Assembly (NCBI GenBank): GCA_965261395.1
Contig: OZ253462.1
Location: 2,144,001 to 2,208,000 of the forward strand
Direction of reading: 5' to 3'
Origin: Candidatus Latescibacterota bacterium
GTDB lineage: Bacteria; Latescibacterota; UBA2968; UBA8231
Length of the DNA: 64,000 nucleotides
Part shown: piece by piece, positions 1 to 9,133 of the stretch
Numbering within the stretch: position 1 is the stretch's first letter
Layout of the letters: each line of letters begins with the position of its first letter
Program-made: the position numbers and the translations under genes
The notes under the pieces: model-generated
Seen by the model: the letters and a program-made list of their open reading frames with translations, nothing else
Databases searched by the model: none
What the model was told of the DNA's origin: nothing

Positions 1-908
1 AGAGCAAGCGCTCTCAGGTTGGTCAGTTGACTTAACTCGGAGGGGATCGAACCACTTAAATCGTTGCCGTCCAAATACAGCCATTCTAGGTTAGTCAGTT
101 GGCCTAACTCGGAAGGAATCGTACCACTTAAATCGTTGCCAGACAGAAACAGCCATTCTAGGTTGGTCAGTTGACCTAACGCGGCAGGAATCGAACCGCT
201 TAAGTCGTTGTTGGATAGCATAAAAATTTTCAGGTTGGTCAGTTGACCTAACGCGGCAGGAATCGAACCGCTTAAGTCGTTGCCAGACAAATACAGCCAT
301 TCTAGGTTGGTCAATTGACCTAACTCGGAAGGAATCGAACCGCTTAAGTCGTTGTTGGATAAAACAAGATTTTTCAGGTTGGCCAACAGGCCTAACTCAG
401 CAGGTATAGATCCGCTTAACTGGCTTCTGGGCAGATCCAGATGGGTGACGCGCCCGTCGGCATTGGTGGTCACGCCCTCCCAAGCGCCGATAGGTTCATC
501 GCTGTCCCAATTGTCGCCCGTCCAAGCACTGCCTCCACCTGTGGCTTGATAGAAAGCTATCAGTACCGCTCGATCCGGGTTAATCGATATGGACGGTCTG
601 TCTTCTGTTCCGGGTGGTGGGCTACCTGGGGCCGAGCAGTTGGCTGTGTAGATGTGGCCCTCGATGAACACGGTATCGGCGAGGCTGATCTGGCCGTTGA
701 TATTGCGGATCGGAATGGTGACGAGCACGTCCGATGATTGGGTCGTCGCGTTGGCCTTGGCCGCGGCGCGTCGGTAGGTCGCGCCGTTGATCTCGATGGT
801 TTGCCACGGCCCGGCCTGCTCGTCAAAAGCCAACTGAGCAACCGGCGGCTCTTGGTCGGAGCAAGACAAAGACAAAAGCAAGGCAAGGGCAATTAGGGGG
901 CGTAGCAT
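1..908 (-). CDS. Plant-type LRR lipoprotein, paralog of 958..5406; runs off the left edge
   Basis: Manual translation from ATG 908 (AGGAG upstream): MLRPLIALALLLSLSCSDQEPP (lipobox-like LSC), cap DRAVLIAFYQATGGGSAWTGDNW..WEGVTTNADGRVTHL, then 24-aa LxxLxLxxNDLSGSIPxELGQLTN repeats. No stop seen, which explains its absence from the ORF track. Confidence 0.9.
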   Translation of the reverse strand, partial: MLRPLIALALLLSLSCSDQEPPVAQLAFDEQAGPWQTIEINGATYRRAAAKANATTQSSDVLVTIPIRNINGQISLADTVFIEGHIYTANCSAPGSPPPGTEDRPSISINPDRAVLIAFYQATGGGSAWTGDNWDSDEPIGAWEGVTTNADGRVTHLDLPRSQLSGSIPAELGLLANLKNLVLSNNDLSGSIPSELGQLTNLEWLYLSGNDLSGSIPAALGQLTNLKIFMLSNNDLSGSIPAALGQLTNLEWLFLSGNDLSGTIPSELGQLTNLEWLYLDGNDLSGSIPSELSQLTNLRALA

Positions 909-957
909 AGGAGGTCTCCTTTAATTCTCCAACGCGAGTAATTCCGGCACTTGACAC

Positions 958-3900
958 CTATTCGCAGACCGACAATTCCAGTTGATCTAGGTCATTTGTC
1001 TCTATCGTTTGCAGACTGGTGGGAATGCACCCGCTTAAGTCGTTGCTTTTCAGGTACAGCTTCTCTAGGTTGGTCAATTGACCTAACTCAGATGGGATCG
1101 AACCACTTAACTCGTTGCCTAACAGAAACAGCGATCTCAGGTTGGTCAATTGACCCAACTCGGAGGGGATTGAGCCGCTTAACTCGTTGCTGCCCAGATT
1201 CAACTCTTCCAGATGGGTCAGTTGGCCTAACTCAACAGGAATCGAACCGCTTAATCGGGTCAGGAACAGCCGCAGCGTTGTCAGGTTGGTCAGGTTGCCT
1301 AACTCAGCCGGAATCGAGCCGCTTATGTCGTTGTTGCCCAGATTCAGCTCTTCCAAGTTGGTCAGTTGGCCTAACTCAGCAGGAATCGAACCACTTAAGT
1401 CGTTGACGTGCAGATTCAGCGTTGTCAGGTTGGTCAGGTTGCCTAACTCAGCCGGAATCGAGCCGCTTAACCAGTTGCGGTACAGATTCAGCGATTGCAG
1501 GTTGGTCAGTTGGCCCAACTCGGCAGGAATCGAACCACTTAAGTCGTTACTGGACAGATCCAAATGGGTGACGCGCCCGTCGGCATTGGTGGTTACACCT
1601 TCCCACTCGTCGATAGGTTCATCGCCGTCCCAATTGTCGCCCGTCCAAGCACTGCCCCCACCCGTGGCTCGATAGAAAGCCATCAATACGGCCCGGTCAG
1701 GCTCATCAGGCTCATTGTCTTCCTGCGAGTCGTCTGAGTCGTCCGAGTCGTCTGAGTCGTCTGAGTCGTCTGAGTCGTCTGAGTCGTCTGAGTCGTCTGA
1801 GTCGTCCGAGTCGTCTGAGTCGTCTGAGTCGTCCGAGTCGTCTGAGTCGTCTGAGTCGTCTGAGTCGTCCGAGTCGTCCGAATTAAGCGATACCGACAAC
1901 TGGTTGTCTGTATCGTCTGTCCCAGTTGATCGGCTTTCTACGGATGAGTCGCAGAAGGACAATCCCAGGCTGCTTGGCGATACCAATTCTTGCAGACCAG
2001 AGGGGAGGCACCCGCTGAAATCGTTGCCGGACAGACGCAGCGTTGTCAGCTTGCTCAGGTTACCTAACGAAGACGGTATCGTACCACTTAAATCGTTGTT
2101 GTCCAGAAGCAGCACTGCCAGCTTGCTCAGGTTACCTAACGAGGACGGTATCGAACCGCTTAAATCGTTGAAGCCCAGAAACAGATTTGTCAGCTTGCTC
2201 AGGTTACCTAACGAGGACGGTATCGAACCGCTTAAATCGTTGTCGCCCAGAACCAGCGCTGTCAAGTTGCTCAGGTTACCTAACGAAGACGGTATCGTAC
2301 CACTTAAATCGTTGTCGAACAGATTCAGATACGTCAGGTTAGTCAAGTTACCTAACGAAGACGGTATCGAACCGCTTAAATCGTTGAAGCCCAATTCCAG
2401 CTTTTTCAGCTTGCTCAGGCTACCTAACGAAGACGGTATCGAACCGCTTAAATCATTCTGTTGCAGTTCCAGCTCTTCCAGGTTGGTCAGGTTACCTAAC
2501 GAGGACGGTATCGAACCGCTTAAATCGGTGTAAGCCAGAAGCAGCTCTTCCAGGTTGGTCAGGTTACCTAACGAAGACGGTATCGAACCGCTTAAATCAT
2601 CGTGGGCCAGCCACAGCTGGGTGACGCGCCCGTCGGCATTGGTGGTGACGCCCTCCCAATTGCCGATAGGTTCATCGCTGCCCCAATTGCTACCCGTCCA
2701 ATCACTGCCTCCACCCGTGGCGCTATAGAAAGCCACCAATACAGCTCGGTCGGAATTAGCCGTATCGTCCGTCTCATCCGTCTCGTCTGTCTCGTCCGTC
2801 TCGTCTGTCTCATCCGTCTCGTCTGTCTCGTCCGTCTCGTCCGCGTCATCCGCGTCATCCGCGTCATCCGACGAGTCGCAGAAGGACAATCCCAGGCTGC
2901 TTGGCGATACCAATCCTCGCAGACTGGAGGGGACGCACCCGCTGAAGTTGTTGTCCCTCAGCCCCAGATCTTCCAGGTTGGTCAGATTACCTAACGAGGA
3001 CGGTATCGAACCACTTAAATCGTTGTTGCCCAGACTCAGATCTTCCAGGTTGGTCAGATTACCTAACGAGGACGGTATCGAACCACTTAATTCGTTGCTG
3101 CTCAGCCACATCAATTCCAGGTTGGTCAGATTACCTAACGAGGACGGTATCGAACCACTTAATTCGTTGTGCATCAGATACATCAATTCCAGGTTGCTCA
3201 GGTTCCCTAACGAGGACGGTATCGAACCACTTAAATCGTTCCAGGACAGATTCAGCCTTTTCAGCTTGCTCAGGTTCCCTAACTCGGAGGGAATCGAACC
3301 ACTTAAATCGCTGTTGCCCAGATCCAGATATTCCAGGTTGCTCAGGTTCCCTAACGAGGAGGGAATCGAACCGCTTATGTCGTTGTGGCCCAGATACAGC
3401 TGTGTCAGGTTAGTCAGGTTACCTAACGAGGACGGTATCGAACCACTTAATCTATCGTTGGACAGGCTCAGCTGGGTGACGCGTCCCTCGTCATTGGTAC
3501 TAACGCCTTCCCAATTGCCGATAGGTTCATCGCTGCCCCAATTGTTGCCCGTCCAATCACTGCCTCCACCTATGGCGCTGTAGAAAGCCATCAATACAGC
3601 TCGGTCGGAATTAGCCGTCTCGTCTGTCTCATCCGTCTCGTCCGTCTCGTCTGTCTCGTCTGTCTCGTCTGTCTCATCCGTCTCGTCTGTCTCGTCTGTC
3701 TCGTCTGTCTCGTCTGTCTCGTCTGTCTCGTCTGTCTCGTCCGCGTCATCCGCGTCATCCGCGTCATCCGACGAGTCGCAGAAAGACAATTCCAGCCTAT
3801 CTAGATCATTTGTCTTTATCGCTCGCAGACTGGCGGGGATGCACCCGCTTAAGTCGTTGCCACTCAGATACAGCCGTTCCAACAAGTTAAGTTGGCCCAA

Positions 3901-5406
3901 CGCAGCCGGAATCGAACCGCTTAACTGGTTGCGTTCCAGTTCTATCTCTTCTACGTTGGTCAGGTTACCTAACTCAACTGGAATTGAACCGCTTAACTGG
4001 TTGCCGTACAGAGTCAGCTTTTCCAAGTTGGTCAGGTTGCCTAACTCAACGGGTATCGAGCCGGTTAACTGGTTGCTGTACAGACGCAGCGATGTCAGGT
4101 TGGTCAGGTTGCCCAACTCAACAGGTATCGAACCACTTAACCGGTTGGCACCCAGCGACAGCCTTTGTAGGTTGGTCAGGTTACCTAACGCAGCCGGAAT
4201 CGAACCGGTTAAGTCGCTGCCGCTCAGATACAACTCTTCCAGGTTGGTCAGGTTACCTAACACAGCCGGAATCGAACCGGTTAAGCCGCCGACCAGGATC
4301 AGCGTTTGTAGGTTAGTCAGGTTGCCTAACTCAACTGGAATCGAGCCGGTTACGCTGCTCAACCTCAGGGATGTCAGGTTGGTCAGGTTGCCTAACTCAA
4401 CTGGAATCGGGCCGCTAAAGTTGCTGGCTTCCAGGTGCAGCCTTTGTAGGTTGGTCAGGTTGCCTAACTCAACAGGAAACGAGCCGCTTAACCGGCTGTA
4501 TTTCAGAATCAGGGATGTCAGATTGGTCAGGTTACCTAACTCAGCCGGAATCGAGCCACTCAAGTTGTTTTCGCCCATAATCAGGGATGTCAGGTTGGTC
4601 AGGTTACCTAACTCAGCCGGAATCGAACCATTCAAGTTGTTTTCGTACAGATACAGCGATTTCAGGTAGGTTAGTTGGCCTAACTCAGCCGGAATTGAGC
4701 CACGTAACCTCGTGTCATATAGAGACAGATGGGTGACGCGTCCGTCGGCATTGGTGTTGACGCCCTGCCAAGTGCCGATAGATTGATCGCTGCCCCAATT
4801 GTTGCCCGTCCAATCCGTTCCTCCACCTGTGGCTCGATAGAAAACCATCAGTATAGCCCGATCAGATAGATCAGTCTGATCCGGGGTCTCGACCGACGAG
4901 CTATCGACTGCAACCGGCGGCGTTTCCACCGACAAGCTATCGACTGTAACCGGCGGCGTTTCCACCGACGAGCTATCGACTGCAACCGGCGGCGTTTCCA
5001 CCGACGAGCTATCGACTGCAACCGGCGGCGTTTCCACCGACGAGCTATCGACTGGAACGAGTGGCGGGATTTCTACCGACGAGCTATCGACTGGAACGAG
5101 TGGCGGGATTTCTATCGACAAACTATCGACTGTATCGGGCAAGCAGTTGGCCGTATAGATGCGGCCCGCAATGACTATGGTATCGGGGAGATTGCTCTGG
5201 TCGTTGATCGGAATGGAGATACGTAAGTCCGATGATTGGGCTGTCGCGTTGGCCTTGGCCGCGACACGTCGGTAGAGCTCGCCGTTGACCGAAGCCGTTT
5301 GCCACGGCCCGGCCTCCTCGTCAAAAGCCGATTGGGCAACCGGCGGATCTTGGTCAGAGCAAGACAGAGGCAAAAGCAGGACGAGGGCAATCAGGAGGCG
5401 TGGCAT
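958..5406 (-). CDS. Multi-domain plant-type LRR lipoprotein: 4 capped LRR domains joined by acidic linkers
   Basis: Signal peptide ending LPLSC; four DRA(V/I)L..FY.A.GGG..W.G.NW N-caps; LxxLxLxxNxLSGSIPxxLGxLxx repeats; SGC(I/V/L)P..L..LS(F/V)C C-caps; DET/DDS linkers. Confidence 0.95.
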   Translation of the reverse strand: MPRLLIALVLLLPLSCSDQDPPVAQSAFDEEAGPWQTASVNGELYRRVAAKANATAQSSDLRISIPINDQSNLPDTIVIAGRIYTANCLPDTVDSLSIEIPPLVPVDSSSVEIPPLVPVDSSSVETPPVAVDSSSVETPPVAVDSSSVETPPVTVDSLSVETPPVAVDSSSVETPDQTDLSDRAILMVFYRATGGGTDWTGNNWGSDQSIGTWQGVNTNADGRVTHLSLYDTRLRGSIPAELGQLTYLKSLYLYENNLNGSIPAELGNLTNLTSLIMGENNLSGSIPAELGNLTNLTSLILKYSRLSGSFPVELGNLTNLQRLHLEASNFSGPIPVELGNLTNLTSLRLSSVTGSIPVELGNLTNLQTLILVGGLTGSIPAVLGNLTNLEELYLSGSDLTGSIPAALGNLTNLQRLSLGANRLSGSIPVELGNLTNLTSLRLYSNQLTGSIPVELGNLTNLEKLTLYGNQLSGSIPVELGNLTNVEEIELERNQLSGSIPAALGQLNLLERLYLSGNDLSGCIPASLRAIKTNDLDRLELSFCDSSDDADDADDADETDETDETDETDETDETDETDETDETDETDETDETDETDETANSDRAVLMAFYSAIGGGSDWTGNNWGSDEPIGNWEGVSTNDEGRVTQLSLSNDRLSGSIPSSLGNLTNLTQLYLGHNDISGSIPSSLGNLSNLEYLDLGNSDLSGSIPSELGNLSKLKRLNLSWNDLSGSIPSSLGNLSNLELMYLMHNELSGSIPSSLGNLTNLELMWLSSNELSGSIPSSLGNLTNLEDLSLGNNDLSGSIPSSLGNLTNLEDLGLRDNNFSGCVPSSLRGLVSPSSLGLSFCDSSDDADDADDADETDETDETDETDETDETDETDETDDTANSDRAVLVAFYSATGGGSDWTGSNWGSDEPIGNWEGVTTNADGRVTQLWLAHDDLSGSIPSSLGNLTNLEELLLAYTDLSGSIPSSLGNLTNLEELELQQNDLSGSIPSSLGSLSKLKKLELGFNDLSGSIPSSLGNLTNLTYLNLFDNDLSGTIPSSLGNLSNLTALVLGDNDLSGSIPSSLGNLSKLTNLFLGFNDLSGSIPSSLGNLSKLAVLLLDNNDLSGTIPSSLGNLSKLTTLRLSGNDFSGCLPSGLQELVSPSSLGLSFCDSSVESRSTGTDDTDNQLSVSLNSDDSDDSDDSDDSDDSDDSDDSDDSDDSDDSDDSDDSDDSDDSDDSDDSDDSQEDNEPDEPDRAVLMAFYRATGGGSAWTGDNWDGDEPIDEWEGVTTNADGRVTHLDLSSNDLSGSIPAELGQLTNLQSLNLYRNWLSGSIPAELGNLTNLTTLNLHVNDLSGSIPAELGQLTNLEELNLGNNDISGSIPAELGNLTNLTTLRLFLTRLSGSIPVELGQLTHLEELNLGSNELSGSIPSELGQLTNLRSLFLLGNELSGSIPSELGQLTNLEKLYLKSNDLSGCIPTSLQTIETNDLDQLELSVCE
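1727..1879. repeat. 9-bp tandem repeat GAGTCGTCY, ~17 copies, encoding the (DDS)n linker
   Basis: Directly visible. Confidence 0.95.
2765..2870. repeat. 9-bp tandem repeats encoding the (DDA)3(DET)n linker
   Basis: Directly visible; shorter sister of 3616..3770. Confidence 0.9.
3616..3770. repeat. 9-bp tandem repeats encoding the (DDA)3(DET)n linker
   Basis: Directly visible GTCTCGTCT and GCGTCATCC arrays. Confidence 0.95.
4888..5133. repeat. 36/39-bp tandem repeats encoding a PPVAVDSSSVET-like stalk
   Basis: About 6-7 near-identical units after the N-terminal domain. Confidence 0.9.
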
Positions 5407-5465
5407 AAGAGGAATCCTTTAATGATCCAACGGGAGTAATTCCGGCAGTGGTACTGGATTCACGC

Positions 5466-5552
5466 CTATTCGCAGCGTTTTTCGTCCTTGCTGCAGGCCA
5501 ATAGCCCCAAGGGCAGGACAAGAGTCAGACTCGTAGCTATTAGTCGTTTCAT
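5466..5552 (-). CDS. 28-aa mini-lipoprotein or collapsed LRR-lipoprotein gene (MKRLIATSLTLVLPLGLLACSKDEKRCE)
   Basis: Manual translation; lipobox LLAC; ends TGC GAA TAG like the LRR gene ending at 958; GGGGA upstream. Confidence 0.7.
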   Translation of the reverse strand: MKRLIATSLTLVLPLGLLACSKDEKRCE

Positions 5553-5576
5553 GGCGAACCGTCCCCGATGGATGAC

Positions 5577-5627
5577 AATGTAAATATTTACATTCGGAAA
5601 TAGAAAATAACACTGTAAAAGTTTACA
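5577..5627. promoter_or_regulatory. Two TGTAAA-NN-TTTACA palindromic operators upstream of the LRR array
   Basis: Perfect 18-bp palindrome AATGTAAATATTTACATT (5577-5594) and TGTAAAAGTTTACA (5614-5627) in AT-rich intergenic DNA. Confidence 0.65.
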
Positions 5628-5732
5628 TCAAGCAAAAAATTCCACCGACATAGCGTATTTTTTACAACCCTTTGTTTTTATTGGAGTCGCCACCCAGACT
5701 CAAACCGGAGATCTATTCATTAAGAAGCAGAG

Positions 5733-7421
5733 TCACCCCAAGTACACAAACAAGTACACCGCCAAGAAAATCGTCACCAATAACACGCTGCTACTGATAG
5801 GCCATGACCGCGCAAAAACGCCGGTCGGGCCGTGGTACTGGCGCACCTGTTCTATTAAAGCGAAGACCCGTCGCTTGCCCCAAGTGATCAGTCCATCCCG
5901 CAGCGGTGCCCCCACCTGTGCGCACAACCGCGCTGCGCTGGGCAGCAGCTTTCGGTAGGTCCAGTCCACGTCGATATTGGCCGAGCGCAGCTCCGGCGGA
6001 TAGATGCCCGTCAGCTTGAGCGCGACAAAGGCCAGTGCCGAAAAGAACAACAACTGGAGCTGGAGGACGATGTGGGTCGCATCGTACGGATTGTAGTCAA
6101 CTGGGTAGGGCAGGAGCCGGTACAGATAGTGCGGGAATGAGCCAATGCCAATACACAGCGCCGCCCCGATCCCCATCGCCAAAAGCATGTTGCGCGGTGC
6201 TTCGCGGCAGCGGATCCCCGCGTCGTGGGCGAAGAAGGCAAAGAAGGGTATTTTGATGCCGGCGTGATGGAAGACGCCAGCCGAGGCAAACAGCAGCAGC
6301 AGCCAGACGACAAGGTGTCCCTCGTTGGCCGCGGCCTGCATGACCATCGACTTGCTGACAAAGCCGCTAAAGAGCGGGAAGGCCGAAATCGACGCGGCCC
6401 CGATCATGCAGAAGCCGCAGGTCCAAGGCATGGATTTGTACAGCCCCCCGAGATCCGAGCCGTTGATCCTGCCGGTGCGGTAGAGCACCGCGCCCATCGA
6501 CATAAAAAGCAGACCTTTGAAGAGCACGTCGTTGAAGGCGTGGGCAACCGCGCCGTTGACGCCCATACCTGGCCCCAAGCCGACGCCGACAACCATAAAG
6601 CCGATCTGGTTGATCATGCTGTAGCCCAACACGCGGCGCAGATCATTTTCAATAACCGCATAGAAGATGGGAAACATCGCCATGGCCGCGCCGATGTAGA
6701 GCAGGCATTCGGTGCCGGCAAAACTGCGCGCCAACACATAGACCGCGGTCTTGGTGGTAAAGGAGCTCAAAAAAACCGCGCCGGTGGGCGTGGACTCCGG
6801 GTAGGCATCCACCAGCCACGAGTGCAAGAATGGGAAGGCGCATTTAATGCCAACGCCGAGGAAGATCAGCCGCGTGGCCCAGCTATCGATGCCCAGATGC
6901 CCCAGCGCCAGCGAGCCGGTCTGCTGGTAGTGCCACGCCGTGCCGACCAAAAGCAGCAGGCCAGAGCTGATGTGGATCAGGAGGTAGCGCGTGCCCGCGG
7001 CAATAGCCCTTTCGCTTTGGTTGGCCCAAATCTGGAAGACCGAGCTAATCGCCAACAGCTCCCAGAAGATGAAGAGCGCGATGAGATCGCCGGCAAAAAC
7101 CGCACCCACGGCCGCGCCCGCGTACAGGAAGCCGGTCGCCTGTTGCAGCCGATCTTTCAAATGCAGCGAGAAGAGCGCGGCGAGGAAGGCGGCCACGTGA
7201 AAGAGATAGCCAAAGAGCAGGCTGAGTTGGTCAACGCGCACCCAGTGCAGCTCGTAGCCAGCTAGGGAGCCGACTTGGCTGTCGCCAATCTGATAGCCGA
7301 GGAGATTGGCGAATCCGGCCAACGGCAAAAGGAGCAACGCGATCCGCCGCACGGCCAGCGGCAAGACGGGCAACAGCAGCCCGCCTAACAGCAGGAAGGC
7401 CGCCGGGTGCAGGCTAGTCAT
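5733..7421 (-). CDS. mnhD: Mrp/Mnh Na+/H+ antiporter subunit D-like (third copy)
   Basis: Proton_antipo_M motifs FWE, GIKCAFPFLHSWLVDAY, LFKGLLFM, GFVSKSM. Confidence 0.85.
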   Translation of the reverse strand: MTSLHPAAFLLLGGLLLPVLPLAVRRIALLLLPLAGFANLLGYQIGDSQVGSLAGYELHWVRVDQLSLLFGYLFHVAAFLAALFSLHLKDRLQQATGFLYAGAAVGAVFAGDLIALFIFWELLAISSVFQIWANQSERAIAAGTRYLLIHISSGLLLLVGTAWHYQQTGSLALGHLGIDSWATRLIFLGVGIKCAFPFLHSWLVDAYPESTPTGAVFLSSFTTKTAVYVLARSFAGTECLLYIGAAMAMFPIFYAVIENDLRRVLGYSMINQIGFMVVGVGLGPGMGVNGAVAHAFNDVLFKGLLFMSMGAVLYRTGRINGSDLGGLYKSMPWTCGFCMIGAASISAFPLFSGFVSKSMVMQAAANEGHLVVWLLLLFASAGVFHHAGIKIPFFAFFAHDAGIRCREAPRNMLLAMGIGAALCIGIGSFPHYLYRLLPYPVDYNPYDATHIVLQLQLLFFSALAFVALKLTGIYPPELRSANIDVDWTYRKLLPSAARLCAQVGAPLRDGLITWGKRRVFALIEQVRQYHGPTGVFARSWPISSSVLLVTIFLAVYLFVYLG

Positions 7422-7674
7422 AGTAATCCTCGCGGCGCATCAGCACCTTGCGTAGCTGGGTGGCCGTCACAACCAAAAGCACGCAAGCGACAAACCCGTA
7501 TATCGCGTAAAAACCGAACCATCCCTCAACCGGAAAGACACCCTCGGCAAAGTTCAAGTGCCGATGGACGAGCAAGTCCAAGCCCAAGAGCAAGGCGCAG
7601 AGGGCGAAGAAGATCCATATCAGGCGGTGGACGTTCCGCGGCTGGTCGAATAGGTGTTTTTTTTCTGGGGGCAT
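7414..7674 (-). CDS. Small 2-TM membrane protein of the mrp cluster
   Basis: Two hydrophobic helices, C-terminal LMRREDYYD, overlaps the downstream gene. Confidence 0.75.
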   Translation of the reverse strand: MPPEKKHLFDQPRNVHRLIWIFFALCALLLGLDLLVHRHLNFAEGVFPVEGWFGFYAIYGFVACVLLVVTATQLRKVLMRREDYYD

Positions 7675-7678
7675 GGCC

Positions 7679-9133
7679 TTATTCTCCGATCTGGCGGCAG
7701 AGGTCGAGGAGAGGGTCGGGGTAGAAGAAGAGCACTAGCCCGCCCAGTGCCGTGCAAACAAGTGGCAGGACGCAGGCCAGCGGGGCTTCCTGTAGGCCCT
7801 TTTCTCCAGCAGGTGCTGCGTAGAAGAAGGCGTTGACGGTCACCGGCAACAGATAGGCGACGTTGAGCAGTGAGCTTACCAAAAGTACGCCGATGGCCAC
7901 GTACTGCCCTGCGTCCAGCCCGGCGAGAATGAGGTACCATTTGCTCCAGGCACCTCCCAGCGGCGGCAAGCCGATGATGCTGAGTGATCCGATGAGAAAG
8001 GCCCCCATCGTCCACGGCATTTGCCGGCCAATGCCCTTCATCTCGCTGATCTCGGTCTTGTGCAAGGCAACCGCAATGGCCCCGGCACAAAAGAAGAGCG
8101 TGATCTTGCCAAAGGCGTGCATGGCGATGTGCAGACTGCCGCCGAGGATGCCCCAACTATTGGCCAAGGCCGCGCCGAGGACGATGTAGGAGAGCTGACT
8201 GACCGTGGAATACGCCAAGCGCGCCTTGAGGTTGTCCTTGGTCATGGCCACCAACGAGCCAATGAGAATCGTGGCGCAGGCCACGTAGGCCAGATACGTG
8301 CCCAAGCCGGTGTCGGCGAGCAGGTCAATGCCGAAGATATAGACGACCACTTTGAGGACGGTGAAGACGCCGGCCTTGACCACGGCCACCGCGTGCAGCA
8401 GGGCGCTGACCGGGGCCGGAGCCACCATGGCGGCGGGGAGCCAGCGGTGAAAGGGCATGAGCGCGGCCTTTCCCGTGCCAAAGGCGTAGAGAAAGAGCAG
8501 GACGCCGAGAATCCACGTCGGGGCCTTGCCCGCGAGGATGCCGCCGGGGACGAAGGCGAGCGTGCCGGTGAGGTGGTAGGTAGCGACCATCGCCAGCAGC
8601 AGGAAGCAGATCGAGGTCGAAAGCAGTACCCCCATATAGACGCGGCCCCCCGCTGTAGCCTCCGTGCTGCGGTGGTGGGTGACCAGCGGGTAAGTTGACA
8701 GCGTCAGCGCCTCATAGCAGAAAAACAGCGTCAGCATGTTGCCGGCGAAGGCCGCGCCCAAGGCCGCGGCGATCGCCAAGGCGAAGAAGGCGAAAAAGCG
8801 GGTCTGGTTTTCCTCGTGGTGGCCCCGCATGTAGCCGATGGAGTACACCGAGGTCACTATCCACAGCCCAGCGGCGATTAGCGCAAAGAGCGCACCGAGC
8901 GGCTCGACCTCAAAGACCAAGGGTACGTCAGGGAAGACCTCCACCAAATGCACCATTGGCCGGGCACCTGCGACGACTTTGGGCACCAAGGTGCAGACCG
9001 CGGCAAAGGTGCCTAACCCAGCGAGCAAAGTCGCGGTCTCGCGCAGGTTGGGACGACGACCCAAAAGGGCGATCAATGGTGCAGCACCCAAGGGCAGCAG
9101 CACGGCCACGACGATGGCGGCGGAGGCACTCAT
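7679..9133 (-). CDS. mnhD: Mrp/Mnh antiporter subunit D-like (second copy)
   Basis: ATG 9133 overlaps the upstream stop (ATGA); KAALMPFHRWLPAAMVAPAPVSALLH, LAYSTVSQLSY. Confidence 0.88.
   Translation of the reverse strand: MSASAAIVVAVLLPLGAAPLIALLGRRPNLRETATLLAGLGTFAAVCTLVPKVVAGARPMVHLVEVFPDVPLVFEVEPLGALFALIAAGLWIVTSVYSIGYMRGHHEENQTRFFAFFALAIAAALGAAFAGNMLTLFFCYEALTLSTYPLVTHHRSTEATAGGRVYMGVLLSTSICFLLLAMVATYHLTGTLAFVPGGILAGKAPTWILGVLLFLYAFGTGKAALMPFHRWLPAAMVAPAPVSALLHAVAVVKAGVFTVLKVVVYIFGIDLLADTGLGTYLAYVACATILIGSLVAMTKDNLKARLAYSTVSQLSYIVLGAALANSWGILGGSLHIAMHAFGKITLFFCAGAIAVALHKTEISEMKGIGRQMPWTMGAFLIGSLSIIGLPPLGGAWSKWYLILAGLDAGQYVAIGVLLVSSLLNVAYLLPVTVNAFFYAAPAGEKGLQEAPLACVLPLVCTALGGLVLFFYPDPLLDLCRQIGE

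Noticed and set aside
1945-3600. Classical diversity-generating retroelement
   Set aside because: No reverse transcriptase or template repeat in the window, and scaffold adenines (TTA, ATA, AAC) are essentially invariant.
352-4669. Long plus-strand ORFs over the LRR genes
   Set aside because: Antisense shadows of repetitive coding DNA.
1-4700. 72-bp periodic conserved/variable pattern resembling a CRISPR array
   Set aside because: The period is 24 codons within open reading frames encoding LRRs; the variable parts keep Leu codons; no cas genes.
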